DNA of 48,701 nt from Bacteroidales bacterium (GTDB lineage Bacteria > Bacteroidota > Bacteroidia > Bacteroidales > UBA932): NCBI GenBank assembly GCA_024398335.1, contig JAKSJJ010000001.1:1-48701 (forward strand). The letters run 5' to 3'. Below the pieces are notes generated by a model, which saw only the letters and a list, made by a program, of their open reading frames with translations, had not been told where the DNA came from and searched no databases. Shown piece by piece: positions 17,998 through 27,288 of this stretch; positions within the stretch are counted from its first letter, which is position 1; every line of letters starts with the position of its first letter. Made by a program: the position numbers and the translations under genes.

Positions 17998-20900
17998 TTA
18001 AAGTTTGACTATGTTCTTTTCGTACGAGCTGTCGCCGTAGCTTACCTTGACTTTATAGCGTCCAGGGGCGAGAGAGCTCATGTCAGCCTCGAAAGGCGCG
18101 AAAACGCTGGCGTTGCCATTAAAGGTCTTCACCAATGCTCCGAATTCAGAGTAAACCTGGAGCTTCACTTCCCTTTCGTATCCGACCCTTACATAGAGAT
18201 TGGTCTTGACAGGGTTAGGATAGAGAGTAGGACCTACTGAATCGTCGTACACACCGATCTTGAACTCCTTGGTAGTCACGGCTCCGAAACCGTCCTTCGC
18301 GGTCATGGTGATAGTCGCCACGCCGTTCTTACCGGCCTTGAAGAAGTACGTAGTACCGCTGCCTGAGACTGAGACAACATCCTGGTTGTCGCTGACGCAT
18401 GTGATTGTCATGTTCTCCCCGTCAGGCTCGCTCCAGTACTGAGACAAATCAAGTGTCATACGCTCGCCGGAAGAAGACAAGACCATGTCTGAGATATTCC
18501 TGACAAGCTCAGGGGCACGGTTCTCAAGGACAGTGTAAGTAAGGGTGCTGGATGCCTTAAGGCCGAGCACGTCCTCCGCGGTAGCGGTGATAGTACACTC
18601 GCCATGGAACTTGCCGCTTCCGTCACCGATGTTCACGGTAGCCGATGTACCGTTAATCTTAGGCTCAGAGATAGGGTTTGATGACACGACTGAGAACTTC
18701 AGCGGCGTCTTGCCCTCAGGGTCTGTAGCCGAGAAGCTGGCTGAGAACTTCTCGTACCATTTAAGGACGGTAGGACCTGTATAGGTAGTCTTGATGACAG
18801 GAGCCTGGTTGACGTAGATCTTGTAAGTGATAGACTGTGAGGCGCTAGCGCCATAAGGATCGACAGCCTTGACTGATACGGTATGATTTCCCACGTAGGC
18901 CTGCTCAGCCTTGAACTTGACAGCGTACTGTCCGCCAGAGAGAGCCTCAAGAGTAGAAGAGCCGTCGCCCTCGAGGGTGACATTAAGCTGATCACCATCC
19001 TGGTCCTCGACCTTGACTACAGCCTGCAGACTCTGTCCCACGGCCACCTCGTTCTCGTAAGTTCCCACAAGAGTGACCTTCGGAGTGTGGTTATTGATTA
19101 TCGTGTAGGTGATAGGATAAGTGGTGACTCCACCCTTTGAGTCATCAGCCTTAATTGTCGCGTTGTGGACTCCGGCGTTAGCGGCGGACACGTCAAGCAC
19201 TACCCTGTACGCTCCAGGAGCGGTCTTGACAAGGCTCGAGCTTCCGTCATTCTCGTAAGTCACTTTGAGCTCGTCATTGTTGGCGTCAGTGATAGAGAAG
19301 TCAATGCTGAGAGAATTACCCACGAGGACGGTATAATCGCCGGTGTAAGTGGTAGAGATGACAGGAGGATAGTTCTGATAAATCTTGTAAGAGATTGTCT
19401 CCTGGGTCTTCTGACCGGTGGCGTCAGTCGCCGTGATGACAGATGTGTGCTCGCCGATAAAGCGCTGAGAGGTCTGGATTACGACAGAGAAATTATTGTC
19501 CGATCCGTTGAAAAGAAGGGCTGAGCCGTCAGATTCGATGGATACGGTTACGGCGTCGCCGTCAGGATCAATGACCTTGTAAAGAAGAGTGACATCTGAA
19601 CCGACAGGAATATCGTGCTCGAAGGTACTCAGAGCCTCGATTATAGGAGCGTTGATAGCCAGGATCACATATTCGATCTCGACTGAGTCTTCGCCACCCT
19701 TGCCGTCAGTAGCCTTAAGCGTAGCCTTATGATTTCCGACGTTCGCGGCCGTGGTCTTCACATCGACGCGGCAGCTGTTATTGCCGGTCTTTGTCATAGT
19801 GGCGGAACCGTCACCGGAGAAGGTGAATGTGCAGACATCACCGTCCTGGTCGGTAGCCGTGTAGTTTATTGAAAGGATCTCTCCGACGCGGGCTTTATAG
19901 TTTCCCGTGTATGTAGTGGAGATAACCGGAGGATAGTTCTGGAAGATGGTATAAGAAACCTCGATAGAAGTCTCAGCGTCCCTCGCGTCCTTCGCCGTGA
20001 GGGTAGCCTTATGGGTTCCTATGTTCTTAGCGATACCGTTGATGGTCAGACGATACTTACCGTTAGAGACCTTGGAGAGCGTAGCCGAGCCGTCGCCTGA
20101 GATGCTCATGGTACATTCTTCTCCTTCAGGATCGGTCAAGGTGTAGTCAACGCTGAGAGACTCGCCTACCATGACTCTGAAATCGCCCTTATAATCCGTC
20201 GAGATGACAGGAGGGTCGTTTCTGTTGACATTAGCCTCGAAGATGGCATAAGCGTCAACCATGCCCGCGATATTGTCCGAAGGCGATATGATTGTGCGGT
20301 TTTCGTTATCGATGAGCATGTTCCAAAGTTCAGTGTTGGTGAAGCCCTGACCTCCGAAATAGGAGACCACAAGAGCAGCTACACCGCTGACCATAGGGCA
20401 AGCCATGGATGTTCCGCACATGAAGCCGTAGTCACTTCCATCGACGCAGCTGAGAATGTATGATTTCCCATTAGAGCTTGAGAAACGGTCATGCTCTCCT
20501 CCAGGAGCGCATATATCCACCCAGTCACCGAAGTTTGAATAAGAGGCCCTCTTGCCGTCAGGACCCGTAGCTCCGACAGCCATGACCTTTGAGTAGTTCG
20601 CCGGAGCGCCGTTACCGACATTGTCGTTACCTGCGGCGAAAATCACGATTCCACCCTTCATCGGAGAATCAGGGAGCTGATTTCCGTCCTTGTCACATCC
20701 GGCGTATTTCACGAAATAATCGACAGCAGCCTTATCTGAAGAACTGATAGTCGCGTTCATGGCGGCGGTGTATTCCGAGCCAGTGAGCTGTCCGTCGTTG
20801 TTGTAGTCATAATTATAGCCCCAGCTGTTCTGGCTGATGACCGCGCCATGGTCGGCGCCCCATACGATAGCGGCCTGACTATCTCCGCTACGGGTTCCGA

Positions 20901-21720
20901 AAATCTGGCAGGACATCATCGTGACGCCGCCCTTTCCGTCCGAGCCACCCGCGACTCCGCAGATGCCCTTTCCATTGTTGTTGATACCTCCTACGATACC
21001 GGCGACATGGCATCCATGCTCTCCGGCTGTGATGGTATAATTTCCGGTTGTGAAGTTCTTACTTCCGTTAGCGCCTCCTGCGAGCACGACACCGTTGAGG
21101 TCAGGGTGATTTATCTGGATACCCTGGTCAACAATAGAGACAATAACGTGAGAATCTCCCGCGGTGTAGTTTTCCCATACCGGGACCACATTGATATCAC
21201 AACCTTTGACGAAGCCGTTATACATGGTTCCGTCATTGAAATACTGCCACTGATAGGTCTTAGCGTATGGGTCGTTGAACGGTATGCCCAAGAGCTTTTT
21301 CTCCATCGGAGCCTCAGCCGTGACGACACCTCTGACCTCACCAAGTACAGCGACCGCTGTATTGGCGTTTACGCTTTCCTCATAGATGACCTTGAACCAC
21401 TTATGCAGACCAGCCTGGCGATGGCGCGGCTCCCACTCCCCCGCGTCAGGGAACAGACGCTCGTACTTCACCCCTTTAATTCCGGGCAAAGAAGCGCCTT
21501 CAATGTTTTCACAAAAGAGATCGGCCGTCTGGTCATCCAGCTCGACAATAACCTCCTTGACTACCCTAGCGGCGACAGGATCGCCTACGGGAGTCTCTGT
21601 CTGTATCGAATTTGGACGGCTTTCACCGGCCTGGGAATCGACCAGTTCCTCATTCACACACGCGCACGTAAAAAAAGAAGCGAGCGCGAGGGCTGCATAA
21701 TTCATGTATCTGCGTTTCAT
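17998..21720 (-). CDS. S8 subtilisin-like serine protease with about 7 Ig-like repeats and T9SS type-A CTD
   Basis: Catalytic D (IVDQG), H (HGCHVAG), oxyanion N (AAGN), S (GTSMACP). Lipobox-like CAC. C-terminal LYPNPV...VYS..G..V...L.PG.Y.VKV...KNIVKL. Confidence 0.93.
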   Translation of the reverse strand: MKRRYMNYAALALASFFTCACVNEELVDSQAGESRPNSIQTETPVGDPVAARVVKEVIVELDDQTADLFCENIEGASLPGIKGVKYERLFPDAGEWEPRHRQAGLHKWFKVIYEESVNANTAVAVLGEVRGVVTAEAPMEKKLLGIPFNDPYAKTYQWQYFNDGTMYNGFVKGCDINVVPVWENYTAGDSHVIVSIVDQGIQINHPDLNGVVLAGGANGSKNFTTGNYTITAGEHGCHVAGIVGGINNNGKGICGVAGGSDGKGGVTMMSCQIFGTRSGDSQAAIVWGADHGAVISQNSWGYNYDYNNDGQLTGSEYTAAMNATISSSDKAAVDYFVKYAGCDKDGNQLPDSPMKGGIVIFAAGNDNVGNGAPANYSKVMAVGATGPDGKRASYSNFGDWVDICAPGGEHDRFSSSNGKSYILSCVDGSDYGFMCGTSMACPMVSGVAALVVSYFGGQGFTNTELWNMLIDNENRTIISPSDNIAGMVDAYAIFEANVNRNDPPVISTDYKGDFRVMVGESLSVDYTLTDPEGEECTMSISGDGSATLSKVSNGKYRLTINGIAKNIGTHKATLTAKDARDAETSIEVSYTIFQNYPPVISTTYTGNYKARVGEILSINYTATDQDGDVCTFTFSGDGSATMTKTGNNSCRVDVKTTAANVGNHKATLKATDGKGGEDSVEIEYVILAINAPIIEALSTFEHDIPVGSDVTLLYKVIDPDGDAVTVSIESDGSALLFNGSDNNFSVVIQTSQRFIGEHTSVITATDATGQKTQETISYKIYQNYPPVISTTYTGDYTVLVGNSLSIDFSITDANNDELKVTYENDGSSSLVKTAPGAYRVVLDVSAANAGVHNATIKADDSKGGVTTYPITYTIINNHTPKVTLVGTYENEVAVGQSLQAVVKVEDQDGDQLNVTLEGDGSSTLEALSGGQYAVKFKAEQAYVGNHTVSVKAVDPYGASASQSITYKIYVNQAPVIKTTYTGPTVLKWYEKFSASFSATDPEGKTPLKFSVVSSNPISEPKINGTSATVNIGDGSGKFHGECTITATAEDVLGLKASSTLTYTVLENRAPELVRNISDMVLSSSGERMTLDLSQYWSEPDGENMTITCVSDNQDVVSVSGSGTTYFFKAGKNGVATITMTAKDGFGAVTTKEFKIGVYDDSVGPTLYPNPVKTNLYVRVGYEREVKLQVYSEFGALVKTFNGNASVFAPFEADMSSLAPGRYKVKVSYGDSSYEKNIVKL
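18240..20225 (-). repeat. About 7 tandem ~95-aa Ig/cadherin-like repeats in the S8 protease (approximate bounds)
   Basis: Units begin NDPPVIST, NYPPVIST, INAPII, NYPPVIST, NHTPKV, NQAPVIK, NRAPELV and carry D-x-D/E-G-D motifs. Confidence 0.8.
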
Positions 21721-21740
21721 CGGCAGTACTTTAAAATTTT

Positions 21741-21772
21741 AAAAGGTAGGCCGGAGGATTCCGGCCCACCTT
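21741..21772 (-). terminator. Intercistronic stem-loop before the S8 gene
   Basis: Minus strand AAGGTGGGCCGGA-ATCC-TCCGGCCTACCTT-TT: 13-bp stem with one G-U pair and only a short U tract. Confidence 0.6.
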
Positions 21773-21794
21773 GGAAATATAAGATGTAATTAGA

Positions 21795-24700
21795 TTACTT
21801 CACGAGAAGCTTGTGGCTTGAAAGCTTTGCTGACCTGTCAGCCTTCTTAACAGAAGCCTTAGCGGCAGCTGGCCTTACTGAAGCCTTGCGAGGCTGCTCT
21901 ACAACCATCTTAGCAGAAGCGAGCTGAGCATTGACTGAAGTAGATGCCTTAGCGCTTGACATAGGAGCTGAAGCGACAGCGGCAGGTTTCTGTGGGCTTC
22001 CACCAGGAGTGATAGTCACAGTGAATGTGAGTCCCTTAGGGCTGCTTGGACTATCAACGTAGTACCATCCACCGTTATTGTAGCTAGCCATAGACTTGAC
22101 AAGGTTGGTTCCCTGGAAAGTAATGACGTTGTCAGCGTATGTACCATTCGCGCTAATTGATCCGCCTGAGAAGAGACCGTAAGTACTTGACATCATGACG
22201 CCGAGGCTCTGTCTAGCCATAGAGCATTTAGTAGGGTCTGTACAGTCGATCTCTACCATGACAGCCTTATAGTTGGCAGTGTACTGCTTCATCTCCTCTG
22301 GAGTTGAGTCAAACCATGCGGCGATGTTGTGGTACCAGTAAGGAGAATCGAAATAGAACTTGCCAGGAGCGGAAGGATCTACATAGACATCGCAAGGAAG
22401 GTCGACATTGAATCCTTCACTAGAAAGACTGAACCAGCTGTCTACGAATACATCATGCCATACAGCTGTTCCGTAGAACGTAACGTCTGGAGCCTGAGAC
22501 TCAGTGGTAGTGAATGGAGCCTTGAATACGGTAGAGATAAGATTAAGGTTCTCATCCAGAGCGTATGCGTAAGCGACATAGTTAGACTTAGCGCTCAGGT
22601 TCTTCGCATTCATAGTGTAAGCCTTGGTCTCACAGACACCATTGAGCATAAGATCCTCGAATGACTCGAAGCCATACTGAGCGTATGATGTACCATACTC
22701 ATCTCTGAAGTAATCAAGATCAGCCTGGAAGAGCTCAGCGTCTGTAGCGAACTGATTCACATAACCCGCGCTCTCGACTGAAGGGAGATAGTAAAGAGCA
22801 GCGCTTGGAGTGAAGGTCACATCAGCAGTGACATCAGCGATGTTCTTAACCTGGATGTCGATTGTGAAGTCTGATGGATCCGGAGCCTCTTTTACGAACT
22901 CAATGACTTTGTACTTACCGGTAGCGTTACCGAACTCATCTACGCCGTAAACACCGTAGTAATAAGTACCTGGATCGAGAGCCTCGTAAGCGTCTACTGA
23001 ATCACCAGTGCGATCGCCTGTAGGTGCCATGATCTCAAGAACCTCAGTGAATGACATGCTGTACATCATACCCATGTACCAGCAGAAGTACTTGAGGTCG
23101 TCAGCGCCAGCGAGAACAAGGTTAGTGTTGTTGAATGCGAGGTCAGGGAAATAATACTCGAAATCATCCTGGCTATAAAGGACAGTACCTACCCTACCGG
23201 TGAAGCCGTTAAGCTCAGTAGAGAATGTCTCAGGATACTCAGCGGAAGCGTCGAAGGCGTAAGAAACCTTCCAGTCAGCCTCCTCGAGAGTAGCGTCTGC
23301 GACAGAAGTAGCGACATAGTAGTAAACCTCCATATCACCAACCTTGCCGATCTTGCCAAGGTAACCGCCCAGAGCGACATGCTTACCTACGAGAGAAGCG
23401 ATGTTAAGGTCATCAACAGGATCCACGATTCTGGTAGTGACACCATAAACGTTCTTGACGCTGTAAACGCCGTTATTAAGGGCGAGAGTACCGTCGAAGC
23501 CGACATAACCATTGACCGGATCAACACCATAGTAATCTGGGGTTGGTTCTGGAGCGACAACTGAAGCGGTGCTTACAGCAGCCTTGGCAGCAGTAAGATA
23601 GATGCCCTCGAAACCGTCAGTCATCTTGGTACCAGTAACATTGACAACATCGCCAACAGCTGCTACGACACCCTCAGCGTAAACGTAATCAGTACCGTCT
23701 GAAAGAAGAGCGCTGCTCTTAGTGACAGCTACGACAACGAGATCCTGTACAGAAGCTACAGCCTCATCGTCAAGATCAGCGAGGCCTGGGATAGTAGTGA
23801 CAGTAGCGGCGACAGCCTTCTGGATTACAGCTACAGTCTTGATAACGTTACCGTCAGCACCGACGAGGTCGATGTTAGCTGAACGCTGCTCGCCAGTAAG
23901 GTTAGGCTGAGCTGAAACGGTGTAGTTATCAGTGTGGACAGCTTTGCTCTTTACAACAGTAAGCCAATCAACTGAAGGGTCAACTGAAAGAGTGTACTCC
24001 ATGTTGGTTGTGATAGCGAGTGCGACCTCACCACCTTCAGGCTCAACCTCAGAAGCCTCGAGAACAGCCTCGAGAGTGCCCTCCTCGAACTGGAGAGACT
24101 TGATGTCAGTCTTGCCGCGTCCGTTGGTAGCATAAACGAATACCTTAGCGTTTCCACCGTTGTTGGTCACCTGGATGTTACCTGAAGCGTTGTCGGTAGG
24201 AACGACAACCGCGTCCCAAGTACCGATGACATTGAGGACGTCAACCTCTACCTCGTCACCATCCTTCACGCCCTTGAGGGTGTAAGGGATAGAAGCGGTA
24301 GAAGCCACACCGATGTCAGTGCGCTGCTCGATAACCATGTAGAAAGGAACTTCCTTGTTGATCACGTAAGGAGTCTCACCGATCCAGAAAGTAACGGTCT
24401 CCTCACCATCCTCGATAGAGATAGGAAGAGTCTCGGTCTGACCCATTACAGGAACAGAAGTCCAAGTCTTACCCTCATCGTAAGAAACCTGCCACTTACC
24501 CTCGTTGATACGGAAGATAGGAAGAGCGGCATGTACCGGGATAGGGTTGTTGTCCGCGTCAAGGAGAAGCTCACCGTTTACAGTCCAATAGAACTCACCG
24601 TTAACTTCCTTAGCGCTGATGACAGGAGATGCGCCGGTGTCACCGGTATCACCCTTGTCACCCTTGTCGCCCTTATCACCTTTGTCACCCTTGTCACCTT

Positions 24701-25022
24701 TATCTCCCTTGTCACCTTTGTCACCCTTGTCACCTTTCTCACCGTTCTTGATAACGATGGTGGTGTTGTCAGAGAAATAGACAGTAGAGACACCGGTAGC
24801 AGGATCGGTAGTCACCTTGGTAACAGTGACACCTGCCTGGAGAGCGGCGATAGTAGCCTGGATGCCAGGTACGGTCCTCGTATTGAGTTCCTTAACCTGC
24901 TCCTCGAGTTTAGAGACTCTCTGATCGAGGTCAGAGACTTTGTCGTTCAAATCGGAAGCGTCAAAACATGACACAACCATCATTGCAGCGGCAAACAAAC
25001 TAGCGATTAAACTTTTCTTCAT
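21795..25022 (-). CDS. DUF4988-type (PL29 N-terminal-like) lipoprotein with coiled coil, collagen-like repeat, BACON and FN3-like domains
   Basis: Lipobox VSC-FD-S-DL...RVSKLE coiled coil, (GDK)n, YWTVNGE and WQVSYDEGKTW motifs, BACON unit, basic C-terminal tail. Confidence 0.8.
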   Translation of the reverse strand: MKKSLIASLFAAAMMVVSCFDASDLNDKVSDLDQRVSKLEEQVKELNTRTVPGIQATIAALQAGVTVTKVTTDPATGVSTVYFSDNTTIVIKNGEKGDKGDKGDKGDKGDKGDKGDKGDKGDKGDTGDTGASPVISAKEVNGEFYWTVNGELLLDADNNPIPVHAALPIFRINEGKWQVSYDEGKTWTSVPVMGQTETLPISIEDGEETVTFWIGETPYVINKEVPFYMVIEQRTDIGVASTASIPYTLKGVKDGDEVEVDVLNVIGTWDAVVVPTDNASGNIQVTNNGGNAKVFVYATNGRGKTDIKSLQFEEGTLEAVLEASEVEPEGGEVALAITTNMEYTLSVDPSVDWLTVVKSKAVHTDNYTVSAQPNLTGEQRSANIDLVGADGNVIKTVAVIQKAVAATVTTIPGLADLDDEAVASVQDLVVVAVTKSSALLSDGTDYVYAEGVVAAVGDVVNVTGTKMTDGFEGIYLTAAKAAVSTASVVAPEPTPDYYGVDPVNGYVGFDGTLALNNGVYSVKNVYGVTTRIVDPVDDLNIASLVGKHVALGGYLGKIGKVGDMEVYYYVATSVADATLEEADWKVSYAFDASAEYPETFSTELNGFTGRVGTVLYSQDDFEYYFPDLAFNNTNLVLAGADDLKYFCWYMGMMYSMSFTEVLEIMAPTGDRTGDSVDAYEALDPGTYYYGVYGVDEFGNATGKYKVIEFVKEAPDPSDFTIDIQVKNIADVTADVTFTPSAALYYLPSVESAGYVNQFATDAELFQADLDYFRDEYGTSYAQYGFESFEDLMLNGVCETKAYTMNAKNLSAKSNYVAYAYALDENLNLISTVFKAPFTTTESQAPDVTFYGTAVWHDVFVDSWFSLSSEGFNVDLPCDVYVDPSAPGKFYFDSPYWYHNIAAWFDSTPEEMKQYTANYKAVMVEIDCTDPTKCSMARQSLGVMMSSTYGLFSGGSISANGTYADNVITFQGTNLVKSMASYNNGGWYYVDSPSSPKGLTFTVTITPGGSPQKPAAVASAPMSSAKASTSVNAQLASAKMVVEQPRKASVRPAAAKASVKKADRSAKLSSHKLLVK
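24627..24743 (-). repeat. Collagen-like Gly-X-Y repeat: GEK(GDK)9(GDT)2GAS
   Basis: 13 consecutive triplets encoded by a degenerate 9-bp tandem repeat (cttgtcacc / tttgtcacc on +). Confidence 0.92.
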
Positions 25023-25040
25023 AATATAATTGTTTAGATA

Positions 25041-27278
25041 TTATTTGCTAAGGAATACCCTGTGCTTAGCAGGGACACTCTGGGCCTTGATAGCCTTCAT
25101 AGTCTGGTTGAACTCCTTGACAGTGAGCACATGAGAAGGATCGACCTTCACGGCGTTCTTCACCGAGAGAGCGTTGCTCTTGCTGTAAAGAGACTTCACT
25201 GAAGAAGTGCCGCTTGCCTTAGAAAGGGAGTATGGCAATTCTCCGAGCTCATTCTTGAAGGTATAGATAGCAGTCTTGGCGGCATCCATAGCGACGACAC
25301 CGAACTCGCTGAATGTATATGTACCACCGTCGCTGAGCTCGACATCAAGTCCTGTCATGACAAGCTTGCCGGAAGCGTCCACGACACCCTTACAAGCGTC
25401 ATACATGCCAGTGCCGGAAGTGATGACATATGACTCGCCGTCGATGACAGCGGAAGCCATATAGTAGATGTTCATCGGGTCCTCTGGAGCGCCGATAGAT
25501 ACGTTGGAAGCGGCTGCTGTGCCTGTACCACCCTTGAAGACGACTGAGCCGTCAGCTGAGTTGAAGGCGACATCCATAGGTGACATCCACTCGTCATCCC
25601 ATCCCTGCCATCCTACGACAGCGATTGACTTATCAGCCTCTACCTGCTGGAAATCAGCGACCCAAGACTCAGCTGAAGAGTCAGCAGGAACACCTTCCCA
25701 TGCGGCTACGAACTTGTTGAAAGCCGCGGAGCCTGTACCGCCCTGGTTTCCACCGCCGTTGTCTCCGCCGCCGTTACCGCCCTCTCTGGTAAGAGTAGCA
25801 GGAACCTTTGTAGCGTCAGCGAACTTCTTGAGAAGAGAATACTTGCCCTCTGGTGTCGTAGCGATGTAAACAGCGAGCTCGACAGTAGTTTGTCCACCGT
25901 CAGAGTTGACAACGCCTGGAGTCAATGTAGCAGTGCCGTCAGCGTTGATAGTACCGGTAGCTATAGTGTATGGCTGAGCACCTGGAGTCCAGAAGTTACC
26001 TGCGGCAGTAGCTCCGTAGAAACCTACGCTGCACTCGCCGGCGCTAAGAGTCTTGGTACCTACCTCCTGCTGAGCGAAGAGAATGAGTGAACCATTCTCA
26101 TAGCCGGCCTCGATCTTAAGGTCAGTGTAACCCTCGATACCGCTAATAAAGTAAGACTCTTCCTTGACATTCTCGGAGATTGTCCAAGTGTCATACTGTG
26201 AAGTAGAAGTTCCGTGGAGGACCTTCCAGTCACCGAGCCATGCGGAGTAACCCTTAGGAGTGTCTCCGCCGCCACCGCCACCACCATTGGTCTTGGTGAA
26301 CTCGCAGAACTGATATGAACCGCTAGGCTCACAGTTCTCGTCCAGTCCGATAGCGATACCGTAGTAGTCGCCCTCCTCGAAGATGTCGAAGATCTCGAAA
26401 TCTGTTCCGTCATAGTAGAAGTCAGAATATGTAAGGTCGAGACCATATGCCGCACCATAGTAAGCGATGTACTCATCATACTGAGCCTTCATCACAGAAG
26501 CGAGCTCCATTTCGACGAAGTCCTCAAGAGAAGTCTTGCCGAGCTCACTCTTCTTGATAGCGTAGATTCCGTAAGGATTAGATACGCTATCGTCAGTGAC
26601 AGTGTTCTGGACCTCCTCTACGTCATCACCCTCGTACTTCTGTACGCCAAGGTAAGTGACTTTCCAGTTAGAATCCTGAACCATGAAGTTCTTGCCGTGC
26701 TGGGTCACAGTGATGACACCCTTGTCAGCACCGAGGCTCCACTGGATCTTCGCCACTCTCTGACGATTGTTCTCGACAGCCTCAGCCTCGTTCTCTGCGA
26801 CCTTAACCTTGAGAGCGTCCTCGGTGATCTCGAGAGTAACCCAGGAAGCGTCAGCGACAGCGACCATCTTCTCGTCGAAATCGTATGGGAACTCAAACTC
26901 AGCGGCAGCGGCCTTGAGAACCTTATCAGGAGCTGAGAAACCGGAAGTACGGAGGCCGTACTGCATCACGACAAACTTGACAACCTGTCCTTCAGCCTCA
27001 GCCTCGATAGTAGCATAGCGAGACTCGATTGAATCATTAGCGCCCGCGGTGGCGAAAACCTTCACGCCCTCGACACTGACCTCAAGCCATGGGGCCTTTG
27101 TAGTGACCTTGACAGGAGCTGAAGCCATCTCGATGCTCGCGGTACCACCGGCAGCGGCTATCTGCAAGTCAGCCTTGACTACAGGGCTGACCTCTACGAC
27201 CGGCTCAACCGGCTTCGTACATGAGAATACGAAGCCTGTGAGCATAGTCGCTAATATAATTAATGCTTTTTTCATCAT
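25041..27278 (-). CDS. BACON-domain lipoprotein with Gly-rich linkers
   Basis: Lipobox FSC, two BACON units, GGGGGGG and GGNGGGDNGGG linkers, basic C-terminal tail. Confidence 0.8.
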   Translation of the reverse strand: MMKKALIILATMLTGFVFSCTKPVEPVVEVSPVVKADLQIAAAGGTASIEMASAPVKVTTKAPWLEVSVEGVKVFATAGANDSIESRYATIEAEAEGQVVKFVVMQYGLRTSGFSAPDKVLKAAAAEFEFPYDFDEKMVAVADASWVTLEITEDALKVKVAENEAEAVENNRQRVAKIQWSLGADKGVITVTQHGKNFMVQDSNWKVTYLGVQKYEGDDVEEVQNTVTDDSVSNPYGIYAIKKSELGKTSLEDFVEMELASVMKAQYDEYIAYYGAAYGLDLTYSDFYYDGTDFEIFDIFEEGDYYGIAIGLDENCEPSGSYQFCEFTKTNGGGGGGGDTPKGYSAWLGDWKVLHGTSTSQYDTWTISENVKEESYFISGIEGYTDLKIEAGYENGSLILFAQQEVGTKTLSAGECSVGFYGATAAGNFWTPGAQPYTIATGTINADGTATLTPGVVNSDGGQTTVELAVYIATTPEGKYSLLKKFADATKVPATLTREGGNGGGDNGGGNQGGTGSAAFNKFVAAWEGVPADSSAESWVADFQQVEADKSIAVVGWQGWDDEWMSPMDVAFNSADGSVVFKGGTGTAAASNVSIGAPEDPMNIYYMASAVIDGESYVITSGTGMYDACKGVVDASGKLVMTGLDVELSDGGTYTFSEFGVVAMDAAKTAIYTFKNELGELPYSLSKASGTSSVKSLYSKSNALSVKNAVKVDPSHVLTVKEFNQTMKAIKAQSVPAKHRVFLSK

Positions 27279-27288
27279 AGTTGGTCAA

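Noticed and set aside
20848-21789. 313-aa plus-strand ORF, and similar long ORFs at 5181-5837, 12749-13477, 14042-14941 and 43212-44078
   Set aside because: All are antisense to well-supported genes and have no recognisable motifs, so they are shadow ORFs.
24627-24743. CRISPR array or phase-variable microsatellite
   Set aside because: In-frame 9-bp degenerate units without spacers that encode Gly-X-Y. Copy-number change would not shift the frame.
21795-25022. Polysaccharide lyase PL29 activity
   Set aside because: Only the non-catalytic N-terminal DUF4988-type region is recognisable, and no lyase domain is evident.
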